The notes below the pieces were generated by a model that was not told where the DNA came from, did no database searches, and saw only the letters and a program-made list of their open reading frames with translations. The translations under genes and the position numbers were made by a program. DNA of 64,000 nt from contig CM121341.1 in the NCBI GenBank assembly GCA_051530055.1, positions 12,378,784 to 12,442,783 of the forward strand, given 5' to 3'. This document shows positions 13,124-24,974 of the stretch, one piece after another. Position 1 is the first letter of the stretch; every line of letters begins with the position of its first letter. This DNA comes from Neoechinorhynchus agilis. Its lineage: Eukaryota > Animalia > Acanthocephala.

Positions 13124-14380
13124 ATGGACGAAGAAAATCCAGTTGAACTAAGAATTTATGACCAATTTTCGGAAATACGGGAAAGCATAAGCATACCCGA
13201 TGGAACAGCACTTGTAGTTTTTCACCAGGACGATTACGAACGCATTATTCCTGACAGTGTGAATCTGGAGGTTTCAAAGGGACGAGTTTCAGTTTCTATT
13301 AGCAGACAAGACCACAGTTTTGAAGGAGAAAAGATTTTCGTGAGAAATGAGCGCCTTGGTATTTCAAAAGAAGCAATTTTGGTAGACGACGAAGAATGTC
13401 TCGTCCAGGACACCGAAACTAAACGATATTATTATGCCCATCATTCTGAACTGGAGTTTAAATCTGCTCCTATGAAGAACGTCGTTCGTGTGGCATTCAA
13501 TATTCATGATCCAAGTGTAAAGGAGGGTATATTGTCTTATCTCGATGAAAAAATAAAATGGAGACCAAAGTATAGTCTATACGTAGACGAGAACGAAAAT
13601 CGAGCAGAAATAAAATGTTGGGCAGTGATTTCGAATCCAAGTCAACATTCCTACCGAATCAGCAATGCAGAGTTATTTGGGGGTGATGCTACATTCCAAC
13701 AAGCTCATCAATATGAATCCAATTTATGCAGCCTTCAGTTAGATTGCAGCAGATCAGCACATATCGATATTGGCGAACAAAAGGAAATCGGTGGATTGCT
13801 TCAGTATACTATAAGCAAACCATTTGTCCTCCGTCCTCGATGTGATTTATATGAGGAGTTCTTGGAAGCAAAAATAACTCCACAGTTTTGGTCATCACTT
13901 GAGACGATGAATGATGATCGCCAGGAACTGAAGTTCACTCGCTTCTATGAGATTTCGAGCAGTGAGTTTTTACCGACTGGTCAGATGACCATTAGAGCAC
14001 AGGGACGAATCGTAGCTAATATTCGACTTGAACAATTGCCAGCGGGAGCGAAAAGAGAAATTAAAATTGGAGAAGATTCGAGCGGTTTAATGCGTCGAAC
14101 TGTTAGTGAGTTTAAAAAGCGTGGCCGAACAACTATCTCAAATATTCGATTTGAGATAAAAAATTTACGACAGCGGCCATGGGAATACCGATTTAAAGAA
14201 TGCCAGGATCAGTATGGCACTAAGCATACTTATTCGTTTTTAGGGGAAACAGATCCTAACGTGTCGATTTGTGGTAACGAAATTCGAATTGTCAAGAAAT
14301 TGAAAGCGAACGAAAGTTATACAATTACTGTACGATTAAAGGCACATAAAAAAGGAAAAGGTATTTTCGGAGTCTTATAA
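13124..14380 (+). CDS. DUF4139-domain protein, intronless (418 aa)
   Basis: ILSYLDEKIKWRPKYSLYVD...EIKCWAVISNPS...AELFGG matches the LSY....W.P.Y.L......l..wA.v.n pattern of DUF4139. The N-terminal ELRIYDQFSEIR resembles bacterial members. Single uninterrupted ORF. Confidence 0.75.
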   Translation: MDEENPVELRIYDQFSEIRESISIPDGTALVVFHQDDYERIIPDSVNLEVSKGRVSVSISRQDHSFEGEKIFVRNERLGISKEAILVDDEECLVQDTETKRYYYAHHSELEFKSAPMKNVVRVAFNIHDPSVKEGILSYLDEKIKWRPKYSLYVDENENRAEIKCWAVISNPSQHSYRISNAELFGGDATFQQAHQYESNLCSLQLDCSRSAHIDIGEQKEIGGLLQYTISKPFVLRPRCDLYEEFLEAKITPQFWSSLETMNDDRQELKFTRFYEISSSEFLPTGQMTIRAQGRIVANIRLEQLPAGAKREIKIGEDSSGLMRRTVSEFKKRGRTTISNIRFEIKNLRQRPWEYRFKECQDQYGTKHTYSFLGETDPNVSICGNEIRIVKKLKANESYTITVRLKAHKKGKGIFGVL

Positions 14381-14466
14381 GTTCGTGACAATGAGTCTTA
14401 AATCAACAATGGATTCAAGATAAGAAAAAAATACAAATTACCATAATAAAAGTCATTTGAGATTTT

Positions 14467-14735
14467 TTACAATGATACGAGCCAGGTTTCGCAGGTAGTT
14501 TCGTTTGTTTTCAACAAGTTTTCAATAACTTCAAACGTGTTTTGATCAACATCAAATTGCGTTGCTTCATTTGCGACGACATAAGTTTTATGGACCATTT
14601 TTTCCAATTATTTCTAAAATATTAAAAACATGAGGAGAAACTTACGTACATTTCCTAGATGACCGAAGCGTAAAGTAGTTTTATGTCTAATGTTCTGATC
14701 GGAGTGCAATGCTCGACGATCTCTTATGATTTTGA
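14467..14735 (-). CDS. Putative spliced coding exons of an unknown gene
   Basis: ...RALHSDQNIRHKTTLRFGHLGNV|gtaagt 32-nt intron tttag|IIGKMVHKTY...TWLVSL* joins in frame. The 5' part is unresolved and may include ORF 14845-15066. Confidence 0.35.
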
Positions 14736-15059
14736 CATAAATCGTTAAGAGTTGAGATTACAATAAACAATATATTTTTAATTGCTTGAATACTACAAAG
14801 ACGCAATTGAACATTAATATAACCAAAATAATTTTAAGACATATTCAATGTATTCTTGAAGAATTGTCGTACGAGTTTGGAACAACATCCATCTCTTGTT
14901 TTTTAAATACCTTACGCCGATTGTTGATGAGATCAATGAAATACATTTGGTAGTACTTCGCAACAACTCGAAGAGTGTTGCATATGCTATAACCCTGAAA
15001 AGTGAAATGGTCCCTTTTAGTATCTATGTGTGGCCTCACGGCTGATAATCTTTGTTCTT

Positions 15060-15227
15060 GGTACACAGCCTACCGATCTGGTTCAGGGAAGCGCATAATA
15101 TCACTTAATACCCTAAACCATACGGTTATCTGAAGATCCGGAGAGATTTACCAACTCATAACCGTATGGTTCCGGGTATTAAGTGATTTTATGTGCTTCC
15201 CTGAACCAGATCGGTGGGCTGTGTACC
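15060..15227. repeat. Foldback hairpin with 70-bp arms and a 28-nt loop
   Basis: 15060-15129 versus the reverse complement of 15158-15227: 65/70 identical, and two of the five differences are G-U compatible. Confidence 0.9.
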
Positions 15228-15708
15228 CAAGGAAAATTATACTCAAAAGTTACCGGCTGGCCAGACTTCAAAAAATAGTCCCTTTTAATGGAAGAGTCGA
15301 GGAAGATAAGCGGACGAATGACAGACATGAACTCTCAAGATATTTCGTTTCGTTCTTTGCATTTTTTAAACATACCTAATTAGAATTTTATATCAATTTT
15401 TGCAACCAACCGCAATAACCAGAAACCTTCAAACGAAATAGGGAAGTCGAACGTTTGAAATGGCTATATTTTTCAGAAATCAAAAGAGAAATAGCTCAAT
15501 AAAGATATCAAAGAAAGCAATTGGTTTTTTGCGCTAATTGAGATTCGATTTTTAGATATCGTTACTTTAGCGGTTCAATAGTTATAGTCGTCGAACACAT
15601 TGTACACGAAGACTGCCTCCTTACAGCTAGAACATATTTAAAGAAACCACGAATGATGATAAGAGGAAAATCAACAAAAGGTAGCATGAATTTACGCATT
15701 GTTCACAG

Positions 15709-16974
15709 CTAAGGTTGAGCTTCCGTTTCGATTGTTAATATACGTTTCCTATTGGGCTGTATCACGAAAAGCATAAGTCCACTTACAAGAATAGCAGTTC
15801 CAAGAGACATAAAAGGAACCTTATAAGACTGGTTCCATTCATACAGCCAACCGCATAATGGCGGTCCGATGAGAGTTGCCGTTCCTTGAACAAACAATAC
15901 GTATCCAAACGCATCGGCTATTAAATCCTTTCCAATCAGATCTTCGGCTGTTGGCGAAGTTAGACACACATATCCACCGGAGAAAAATCCAAAGGTCCCA
16001 GAAAACAGTGCATGTCGAACAAAGTGTCCTCCAGAAAATGCTTCCAACATACTGGCTACACCAGCGATGACTAAGCAAATGTTGTATAAATAAAGACGAT
16101 ATCGCTTTTTCCAATCACCCATTTTTCCCATGATAATTCGGCCGGCGATATTCATGATTCCCATAATGCTCACGAGCCATTCGCCTTTTAGCTCACTGAT
16201 ACCGTTTAACAGAGCGTAATCGTTCATGAATATATAGGGGGCGTTGAAACCAAGACTCGTGAGAAAGTTGGATATTGCAAATAGAACGAATCGGCAGTCA
16301 CACAATAATTTCCTTGAGCGTTCAAACCATGTTAGCTGCTCCTCGTCTGAATCTGATGTCGGTCTAGGTTTAGGTACTTGTTTCAGCAACAATGCAGCGG
16401 GTATAATATTTGCTAAAATAGCCGAGGATATCAAAAAGGTACCCCGTAGTCCATATGTCCTCAGTAGTGCCCCGGTTAGGAACGGGAAAGCGATGGTGCC
16501 AACACCACATCCACTCGTCGCAAGTCCCATCGCGGTAGCACAATTTTTATCAAAACTCATATTAATGGCTGCGATCACAGGGACGTAAGCAATTCCAAAG
16601 CCAATCGCTGTTACGATTCCTATACTGACGTAAAGGAATCCAATAGAGTTTGATAAAGTGGATGCAGCAACTCCGGAAAATGACAAAGCGGCACCTATCA
16701 AAGCCGTTGACTGACAACCGACCTTGTTGATGAACCATGCGCCAATCGGTCCGCTCATGTAGGTTAATGCTGGTAACAAGGCTCCAACGATGCTGCAAGA
16801 ATACCGATTAGATTTAAATTCGTTTATCATGAAGGGCATGTATATTCCAAATGCATTTGTAAATCCGTCGGATAAAAGGTGTACTATAAAACTGGCAAAG
16901 GGGATTAACCAGATCGTGGGGCGATGCAGCTCTACAACTCGGGACATTGTATATCTAAAATCGAGTTGTGACAT
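15709..16974 (-). CDS. MFS monocarboxylate transporter (SLC16/MCT family), intronless
   Basis: 421-aa ORF with about 12 TM segments: DGFTNAFGIY, GPIGAWFINKVGCQ, FDKNCATAMGLATSGCGVG, GRIIMGKMGD, GPPLCGWLYE, typical of MCTs. Confidence 0.9.
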   Translation of the reverse strand: MSQLDFRYTMSRVVELHRPTIWLIPFASFIVHLLSDGFTNAFGIYMPFMINEFKSNRYSCSIVGALLPALTYMSGPIGAWFINKVGCQSTALIGAALSFSGVAASTLSNSIGFLYVSIGIVTAIGFGIAYVPVIAAINMSFDKNCATAMGLATSGCGVGTIAFPFLTGALLRTYGLRGTFLISSAILANIIPAALLLKQVPKPRPTSDSDEEQLTWFERSRKLLCDCRFVLFAISNFLTSLGFNAPYIFMNDYALLNGISELKGEWLVSIMGIMNIAGRIIMGKMGDWKKRYRLYLYNICLVIAGVASMLEAFSGGHFVRHALFSGTFGFFSGGYVCLTSPTAEDLIGKDLIADAFGYVLFVQGTATLIGPPLCGWLYEWNQSYKVPFMSLGTAILVSGLMLFVIQPNRKRILTIETEAQP

Positions 16975-18645
16975 AAAGCGAATTTCTAGAGGTAAGTCAT
17001 TTTTATTGGAGTAGTGTTAAACGGACTGCTAAATGGACATAAAAATCAAATGTGGACATAACGCAATGATTATCGCCTTTTTCTAATGCACCTAATACCC
17101 GTATAGTAAATTATTTCCATTATTGATTGATATATCAAAATCATTTCGCTTTAAAGCAAATCATTTGCACTCTATAACCTCCAATAAACAAGCGAAAACA
17201 CAATAGATTTAATAAAAAAACAGTGCACTTTCAAATATCAAGTTAGTGAAGCCGGCAGAGGATAATATTCTTACTTAAGAAACTTTTTGGAAAGATACAC
17301 GGCAAAAGAGTGCTGCGGCCGCAAGTTCAACATTTTTCCTCTTTTGGTGACATCTTCGCTGAGAATGAAAAAAGTCTCGATATTCAACGCAAACTGAAAA
17401 CGAGACTTAGATCTGGGTTTCGACGAAAACAAAATTATTGGTAATTGATTTGCATTCGTCTTTTAAATCTTAAGCCATGACAAAACATGCGAGTCAGAAG
17501 AGATGTTTTTGAAATTATGAACCGGTTATTTGTAACTTTAATTAGTTGGTGGGTTGTCGATTGTTTTCTTTTCGATTGTCATTAGCAATTTACGTGGTTG
17601 AAAACAAATGTTTTCTATATTTCAGAGGTGCGTGTTTTTCAGCACTTTGAAGAAGGAATGAAACTCCGAATTATTGGTCCAAAATAAACATTTGTTTTCA
17701 GCCGCGTAAACGCCTTCGTTATTCCTTTATCTTTAAAGGTAAACTGTTCATTCCAATCATGATAGATATTTCGGATTTGTGGGTATGATATCAAAATGCC
17801 TAATAAAAATGTCCCAAATCTGAGATACCTTTACGTCCTTCGAATTTTCCCATCACGCTGTACAATTCAGAAAAAAACAGCAACCCACTCCAATGTTTTC
17901 ATTCGGAACAATTGTTTCATTATCAACGATGGAGTGACAAAGCAAACAATGAATTTTGTTGCGATCGAAAGTATACACATTAATTGGATTATGACGTCAC
18001 TTCACATTTCTCGCGCATTAAATTTAGCTTGTAGAAACGAGTCTTAGTTTTCAATTCCGCTCTCCCAGAAAAGCTCGATGACTCGCTGCTCAAACTGTAG
18101 ACTCAGACGAAGTTTGACTAATTTCTTCAAGAAATGGTTTAAGTTCAACCTTTCTCAATGCTGACGTAATGTGTACTCACGAACTAACAAACTTTTATTT
18201 TGAAATATTCTTAGGATTTCCGGCTTCGATATCCACATTTTGTCGTTCATTCGCCGTCTCACAGTCAAAAACGCGCGCACGCTTTCTATGTGATGACGTA
18301 CCATGTTGACGTCATGCGTGATTTGTTCCGTGCAAAATTGCATGACTGTTTTGTGACTTGACCTCCGCCGTGCAGCCGAATGAGTTATTTTCGTTAAAAA
18401 AACAAATGAAATGAACGAGATAGAAAACTTTGTTTATTTGAGATAATGGGCAATATTTGTGGAAAACAGAAACATAATGCTGAGGTATATTTTCAAAAAT
18501 AAAATCATACCTTTCCTAAACACGGCGAATAAACGGATTCTACAGCTCATAAATATTATAAAGACGAAATAGAACACCTCCCTGGTTTTGTGGCATTTAT
18601 GCAATATCTTAAAAAAAATCCGAATAATTGTTCATGTTTCTATCT

Positions 18646-18787
18646 GACCCCTAAAAAATTAAAAGAATTTATTGATTCCAAATGGTTTCGGAGGCACAAT
18701 CTTGTACACCTTTTGATCAAGGTTGTTTCAAGATTGTGCCTCCGAAACCGATTGGAACCAATAAATTTTTTTAATTTTTTAGGGGCC
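18646..18787. repeat. Foldback hairpin with 59-bp arms and a near-palindromic loop
   Basis: 18646-18704 versus the reverse complement of 18729-18787: 54/59 identical. The loop TACACCTTTTGATCAAGGTTGTTT can pair further. Confidence 0.9.
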
Positions 18788-18825
18788 ACATACAACTTCA
18801 AACATTCTTTTTTCCCTTTTTAAAA

Positions 18826-19175
18826 GCATTAGAGAAATGATTGAATCACTCAATGCCCAGAATCACACGGTTATGAGTTTTGTACGCACCCCTACGGATC
18901 CTCAGGTATCTCTCGAGGAAGCGAGACTCATGAGTGAGTTTCCGCCCTTCAACGAGGTATTTCGTCCAATTGTCAAATGGAATTAAGCCACGAATCTTTG
19001 TTTCAGGGTCAAAGGGTTCAAATCCGCGAGACCGCCGATTACTCATAACCAAAGGGGACTAAATACCTGGTCGCATGGAAGGAGGAAACTCACTGATGAG
19101 CAGAATTCGGAGGAAAGTACAAAAAATTTTACCGTATGCATCTGAGTCTAAGTGATTCAATCACTTCTCGGATGT
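18826..19175. mobile_element. Degenerate foldback/MITE-like element with long imperfect terminal inverted repeats
   Basis: Nested inverted matches: GAGAAATGATTGAATCACT / AGTGATTCAATCACTTCTC, CTCATGAGTGAGTTTCC / GGAAACTCACTGATGAG, AGGTATTTCGTCC / GGACTAAATACCT. A second copy is at 8936-9070. Confidence 0.65.
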
Positions 19176-19426
19176 AAGAGAAGGAAAACCAAAGACCCTT
19201 AATTAATATAACCGGCTTGCTAGTAAACATTAAAAAAATCCGAATAGTTGAAGCTCACGCGGAAAATCCTTTGAGGTGATGGAAATGTTTTATGATTAAC
19301 GTTCCGGAAACGCCACCTAAGGACAGTTTACGTCATCAATATTTTTAAATATGCGCTGTATTTTGGGAAAGACTTATTACTGTTAGGTTTGATCAATTTT
19401 TGTACAAGTGTTCAAAATTAGGAAGT

Positions 19427-22400
19427 ATGCCAAAAAAAATTCGACGTAAACCGGTACGTTTTTTTCCGCGGGTGTGACCGAATTTCGTTTTTCGCAAAGT
19501 GATTAATGCTTATTTGTGTAGGAGTCGAAGAAATCTGGAAAACGCAAAAATCGGCAAAAAATGGGGAATGTTCAATGGAAGAAATCGTTTAATTTTTCTG
19601 TGGATCATCGGTCTGAATTGTAGTTGTCTTGGAAACAGTTCCGACCAATGATGAAAGAGATTGGTTCACTCGTCGGCGGTCTCGGCAACATCGAATGGAG
19701 AAACCCAAAGAAGAAATAGAAGACGATCGAATGATCAAGGAACTCGTTGATCGTTCGGGTATTACGAACGAAGAAGTTCAGAAAAAAGATCCTGAGTTTG
19801 GTGATTTATTAAAAATAGCTGATGGCCATTTGAGCGATGAGGATGGCAATGATTCAGACGACGAAGATTATATCTTGCCGGATTTAAATTTTAAAGATAC
19901 AGATTACAAAATGCAAGCCTATAGTGATACCGAAAGTAGCGACGACGAGGAGTATAAAGAATGTGCTATTCTTGATATTGAAGAAGTTGACGACGATGTT
20001 TCTCTGAATAGTGAGTCATCGATTTGTGAAGAAGAGAATGATGATTATAACAAAGTCCAATACACGGAGATTCGTCCAGTTGTTCAAAACGATGGCCTTC
20101 AACTTAAATCAATTCTTAAGAAGCGTCCAACTGACTTTGAGAAGAAGGCGGTTAGTTTTGTGTGCGATACACCTCTGGTTGATGAGAATAGGAGGCCAGA
20201 TTTGAGCCAAGTGGACGATGTGACTAAAACAGCGGTTACCAATTGAATTCCGGTCTAGGTATTGACTTAGACTAATTTGTTGATCAGCGATCTGTTGCAA
20301 AATCCTTCATCGAGTTCAATGCTCGAGAGAAAGTGGTTATAGTTATGTTCGAAGACTGAATTATTCATATTTCCATATTGCAGAAAAATTGAAGTAATTT
20401 ATTATGTCCGATATTTCGGAGCCACAATCGTGTGCATTTGCCAAGGTTGTTCAGTTGAAAGAAAACGCACAAGATTGTGCCAAAATATCGGACCTAATAA
20501 AATAGCTGAAGTTTATAGTTTTTTCCAAGAATTTTTTCATTTACACACACAACAACAAAACGTTTAAACAATCACCACCGTCCACGAAGAGGAGGCATCG
20601 CTCTCATCTCAGTGGTCGCGATTATGCTCACTGAGTATCTTCTTTGGATCGCGAGACCAATGTTTTGGCGCAGGAAGGCACCAGCTCTTGAATTTCCTGT
20701 CTTGACCTATTTTGAGTTCCTTTTTGCAATGTTCGTTTTTTGTCATTAAAGAATTAACTATAATCAGCGGTGTAGTCTTCTTCGTTCTCCTGTATTTCAC
20801 ACTCTATTTTATCCGTCGTTGAGAATGTCGCTCTTAAATTATCGAAATGAATAGTCCAACTTTAATTAGTTTTTGACAATTCTAGAACAGATTTCTTAGA
20901 CTATTTTTAATCGCACACGAGCATTAGAAACTCAATCTTAAAAAAATCAAAATTCTGTTCCTTTAATTGGGAACTGTTGAAATCGAGCGTCGTCTGATGC
21001 AATCGCCAACCAGCCTATAATTTCTCAATTTCGCGGTCTAGTGAATCGAACGTCCATATCGAACCTTGCTGTGATATTATCCGAATTTCGTCAAATATTC
21101 GCCAATCGCCAACATTCGTTTCATGTGTATTCCAGTGCTCTATGGCATTGCCTTCTTCGACAACTGGTCCTTCAACCTAATCATATAACCAATGAAACCC
21201 TAAAAACCGTATGCACTAATTTCGCCGTATTCGTCGCCGGACTCCATAGAACAGTCGATGGACGAATCGGTGAATTCGTAGCTCATCGATTGTGTATTTT
21301 ACTCGTCAATGAATCCGATGACCATTTAAGGAAATATGCAGCTATGCTTGGTACACTCTATGCTACATGTGTAATCTCCTATCAAGTCGTATTTGGTTAC
21401 ATGGGTTCCATTTTGGATCAGCACAATCTGTCTCAACAAACCCTCGATGGACTCGTATACCTTCTAAAATACCACCGCCGTGATCTACGCTACGATGACA
21501 AAAACTCATTTGAGTTGTTCAGCAAACGACTTGAGAACCATTCATGTAAGCCAAGCCATGATTCGCTCGATAAATCCAGATACTATTTTTGTTGGCAAGA
21601 AGCGGAGACTTTAGTTAAATTTGGGAAAGAAGAAGTGAACGAATGGAAGTCTACACGGCATGAGCTCCTTAAAATAACTAAAGTACGAGGGAAAAACTGT
21701 GGCGTATGCTTGGATTTCGATTCACTTTGTCAACCTGACGATCGATTTTGCCTTGAAATGAATGCCTTCGATAACGCCGATGAAGACCGCGCTGAGACAA
21801 AGACCGAAGATTATCGATTAGTCGCAATTAAGCTCCAGCTCAGAACCCCTTTAAGGGAGAATATCATCAAAACAATTCTTTCCTCAAACGATTACATTGA
21901 GGCATGCGATAATATTGCATCCATGCGATTGAACGATCGAGAGCTGAAACAAGTAGTGGTAGTGGTAATAAAAATGGCACTAAATGAGCGGCCGTTCAAT
22001 GAGTTTTACCCGTTGTTGCTCAATAGATTGACCACGCACAACAATGAGTCGTTCAGAAGACAAATGAGACTTCATATAAGACGCCACGTGCTTGATAGGA
22101 CAAACAAGAGTATGGGTCTCGCTATTCTGATCGCAAGATTGATTGAGGCAAACACGATTGATTTACGAGTCCTTAAGTCGTTCAATTGGTCATACGATCA
22201 AAAGTCCGGCCGAATGGAGTTTTTGAGGAATATTGTAAAGTCTTTGTTGGTTCGCAAACCAATTCAGTGGTTCAAACGTGATTTTTCAAGAATCGCAAGG
22301 GAAACTATTGAGCAGTACGATGAACAAGAATTGGGCACCAGGTTTAGGGACTTTCTTAGATCTGGAATGCTTGAATTTGAGCGAGTGCGGACTGAGATAG

Positions 22401-22474
22401 GCGAGAAAGACCTGGCCAAGCTTAGTGCACTTGTAGAACAATTTGATGGTATTCTCGGCGACTTAGATGAATGA
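19427..22474 (+). CDS. NOM1: Nucleolar MIF4G/MA3-domain protein NOM1 (Sgd1), multi-exon
   Basis: Basic N-terminus, EIEDDRMIKEL segment, acidic tract, and PP1-docking-like KSILKK...KAVSF. Then ISQFRGLVNRTSISNL (MIF4G start) and RENIIKTILSSNDYIEACDNI...ERPFNEFYPLL (MA3). The junction across about 20.25-21.0 kb is unresolved. Confidence 0.78.
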
Positions 22475-23239
22475 CTGTTGGACAATCCAATGCCATCCAA
22501 CCATTGTATGATTAAGAAGTGTAGAAATATGGTTGATGTCGGGAAGAGCTGGGCACAATCAGTCGGTCAAAAATCACTCGTTTCAGGATTTGAATACAAT
22601 TTTTACTAGGCCATTTTATTCCATAAGCTTCATCTATTTTGTTGCGCCTTAAGTTTTCCCAACGCTACGTAAAATCTATATTTTAATTCGATTAAGTTCC
22701 TTCCGATTTTACTAACACGTCCTTTGCTGTTTTTCTCAGTCTAATGTTTTTACTCCTGATTGAAGTTTAAAAATACGGAAATTCTGTTCACCATTATAAT
22801 TCGACCATTTATTCAATCTAATTCACTTGTATCGATTTTGACAATTACAAGTACAGAAACGAATAAACAAGATTTCTGATGGCTATCTGAACTGCGACCC
22901 ACCTCCTACCTGAACTTTTTGATGCTTATCATTTTAAATCTATAGTGGAGGGTGACTTAACTTTATCGATTTTGTTCATGGGCGCTTTTCACATTCGTAA
23001 TGGCTACTTAAAAAATAAAAGGGTAAGATTTATTCGGCTGACGTCAGGTCGTGAAATTCATAAGATCTGTATCACACATTTAATTTCTTGATAGATTTGG
23101 TGGATTTTAACATTGAAAATCTATATCCGAAAATTCGACAATGGCGGGCACACAGTCTGATTTTTTTTAAAGAATTCGTAGTTATTAGATTTATTCAAAA
23201 GCTCACTAATCCCGTGCTGGCAAATTGTAGAAAATCAAA

Positions 23240-24317
23240 ATGGCACCAGGAAAAACAAGAAGGAGAACGGGTATTCTTAAGTGCCAACCAAAGACAAAGC
23301 GTGGAATGCGTTTTCACCGTCTAAAAGAACCCCTCGCCCTCGAGAACCCACGTAAGTTGGCCATCTTTAAGACGACAAAAGCGAGTGAAACCGCGGTGAA
23401 CGTTTGTCTCGCACTTGCTGCTCTGAAGAAACAATGCGCTCCAGCGGACATCGAAACGGTCATTAACAAGTTCAGGCACGATAATGTTACTAAAGACGAA
23501 ACGTTTATGCTTTGACTAAAAATGAATCTTGGAATCTTCTTTAAAGGTCCATTTTCGAAGCTATACAAGTGTATTTGATGAAAACGTGTCGGCTCGACAA
23601 AAGTGCATTAACGATCTTGAGCGGAAGTGCACAAAGATCGATTGCTCCTTGTTTCTCATTGCAAGTAGTTCTCGAAAGAGGCCTCATAATCTCGTATTTG
23701 GTCGATTGTACGACCACCATATTCTGGATATGATCGAATTCGGAGTTCTTAAAGACCATCGCGACGAACTTGGACATAGTCCTTTTCCGATTGGCGTACG
23801 ACCTTTAATGATGTTTAGAGGTGATCTGTTTCAAACCTATAAACACCTAAGATCATTATTTATTCAATTGATAGATACTGGCGACCAGCATAGACCTAAA
23901 GAATTGGTTATGAATGCCCAGAATACTCGTAGTGTTCCCGTTATTTCCTTTTTCGCTTATACATCCGAAAATGGAAAACCTTTGGTTTCGATTCGTTCAT
24001 ATGTGTTCGACCTTGCTGAGAAAAAGACTTCGCGTCCCGTGTACCCAGCGATTGATCTCGAAGTCAGGCGGACTTTTTGGTCATCGCAAGAAGTTTATAG
24101 GAAGGCGACTAGAAGACCCTTAGAAGTCGTGCCAGTGAAAAGGAAAAATGTTCGGATCAATGAATTCGGTCATAAGATTGGAAGGGTGTATCTCGGTCGG
24201 CAGGACGCCCATAACATTGAGATTAGACGTACCGCAGGGCTTAAAAGTGCCAGGAAATGGACTAAGAAGGATAAGCAGTCCTTCGTTAAGAAGGAAAACA
24301 TGGATGAGAGTGAATGA
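23240..24317 (+). CDS. RPF2: Ribosome production factor 2 (Brix domain), 2 exons
   Basis: PKTKRGMRF...EP..LENP, then DCSLFLIASSSRKRPHNLVFGRLYDHHILDMIEFG, and KRKNVRINEFGHKIGRVYLGRQD. An in-frame intron is possible at 23486-23546. Confidence 0.92.
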
Positions 24318-24649
24318 AGATTCAAAGAAATGCTTTAAATTCCTTTCTAAATATTTTTGTGACAATGAATGCAAACGCACAAGTCTGGAACTAATTGAAA
24401 GAATTAGAAGATTTACCTAAATATTTCTCCTCTTCGTGGGAAGTGGGAAAATTTCATTTAGGTCTTATCTATCCATTGCTCTTTTTGTTGTAACATTCAC
24501 TTGGTCATACAAATTTTAGCTTAGATAATTCCACTTTAACAAGATAACTTTTTGTTTTTGATGATAAATTTTTATGTAAGAAAATAGTGCATGGTTTCTA
24601 TTCGGATTTTGTGGTTAAAAATATACATCAAAAATCTCGTTTTAAGTGC

Positions 24650-24901
24650 TGATGATTGAGGAGGTAGCTGCTCTATTACTAATAATTATTTTTCTCCTAA
24701 ATTCCAGATATGAATGCCGGAATACCGACTGATGATAACGAATATAAAATAGCGAAAGCAAAGGTGATGCATCGGATCAATAAAATGTTGCGCCCAATTG
24801 GATATGCAGAAATTTTAAGAGCGAACCAGCTCAAAGAGATTAGGTCAAACGAACCTAAATTAAACGAAGTGCCAGATTCAAAGGTGGATGAAAACGAATA
24901 A
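24650..24901 (+). CDS. Terminal exon(s) of a small unknown gene
   Basis: 63-aa ORF 24710-24901 preceded by a 44-nt GT-AG intron (24664-24707). Confidence 0.3.
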
Positions 24902-24974
24902 TAATTGTGAAAAGCAAATTTATGATATTCTTTGTTTGTAAAACGTATCTGTTTTTATTTTCTTATACAAAAAT

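Noticed and set aside
15130-15157. CTGAAGA in the loop of the 70-bp hairpin as a hammerhead core
   Set aside because: No GAAA or stem III follows.
19093-19120. CTGATGAG...GAAA hammerhead-like motif in the foldback
   Set aside because: Stem II does not pair; the motif is part of the inverted-repeat arm.
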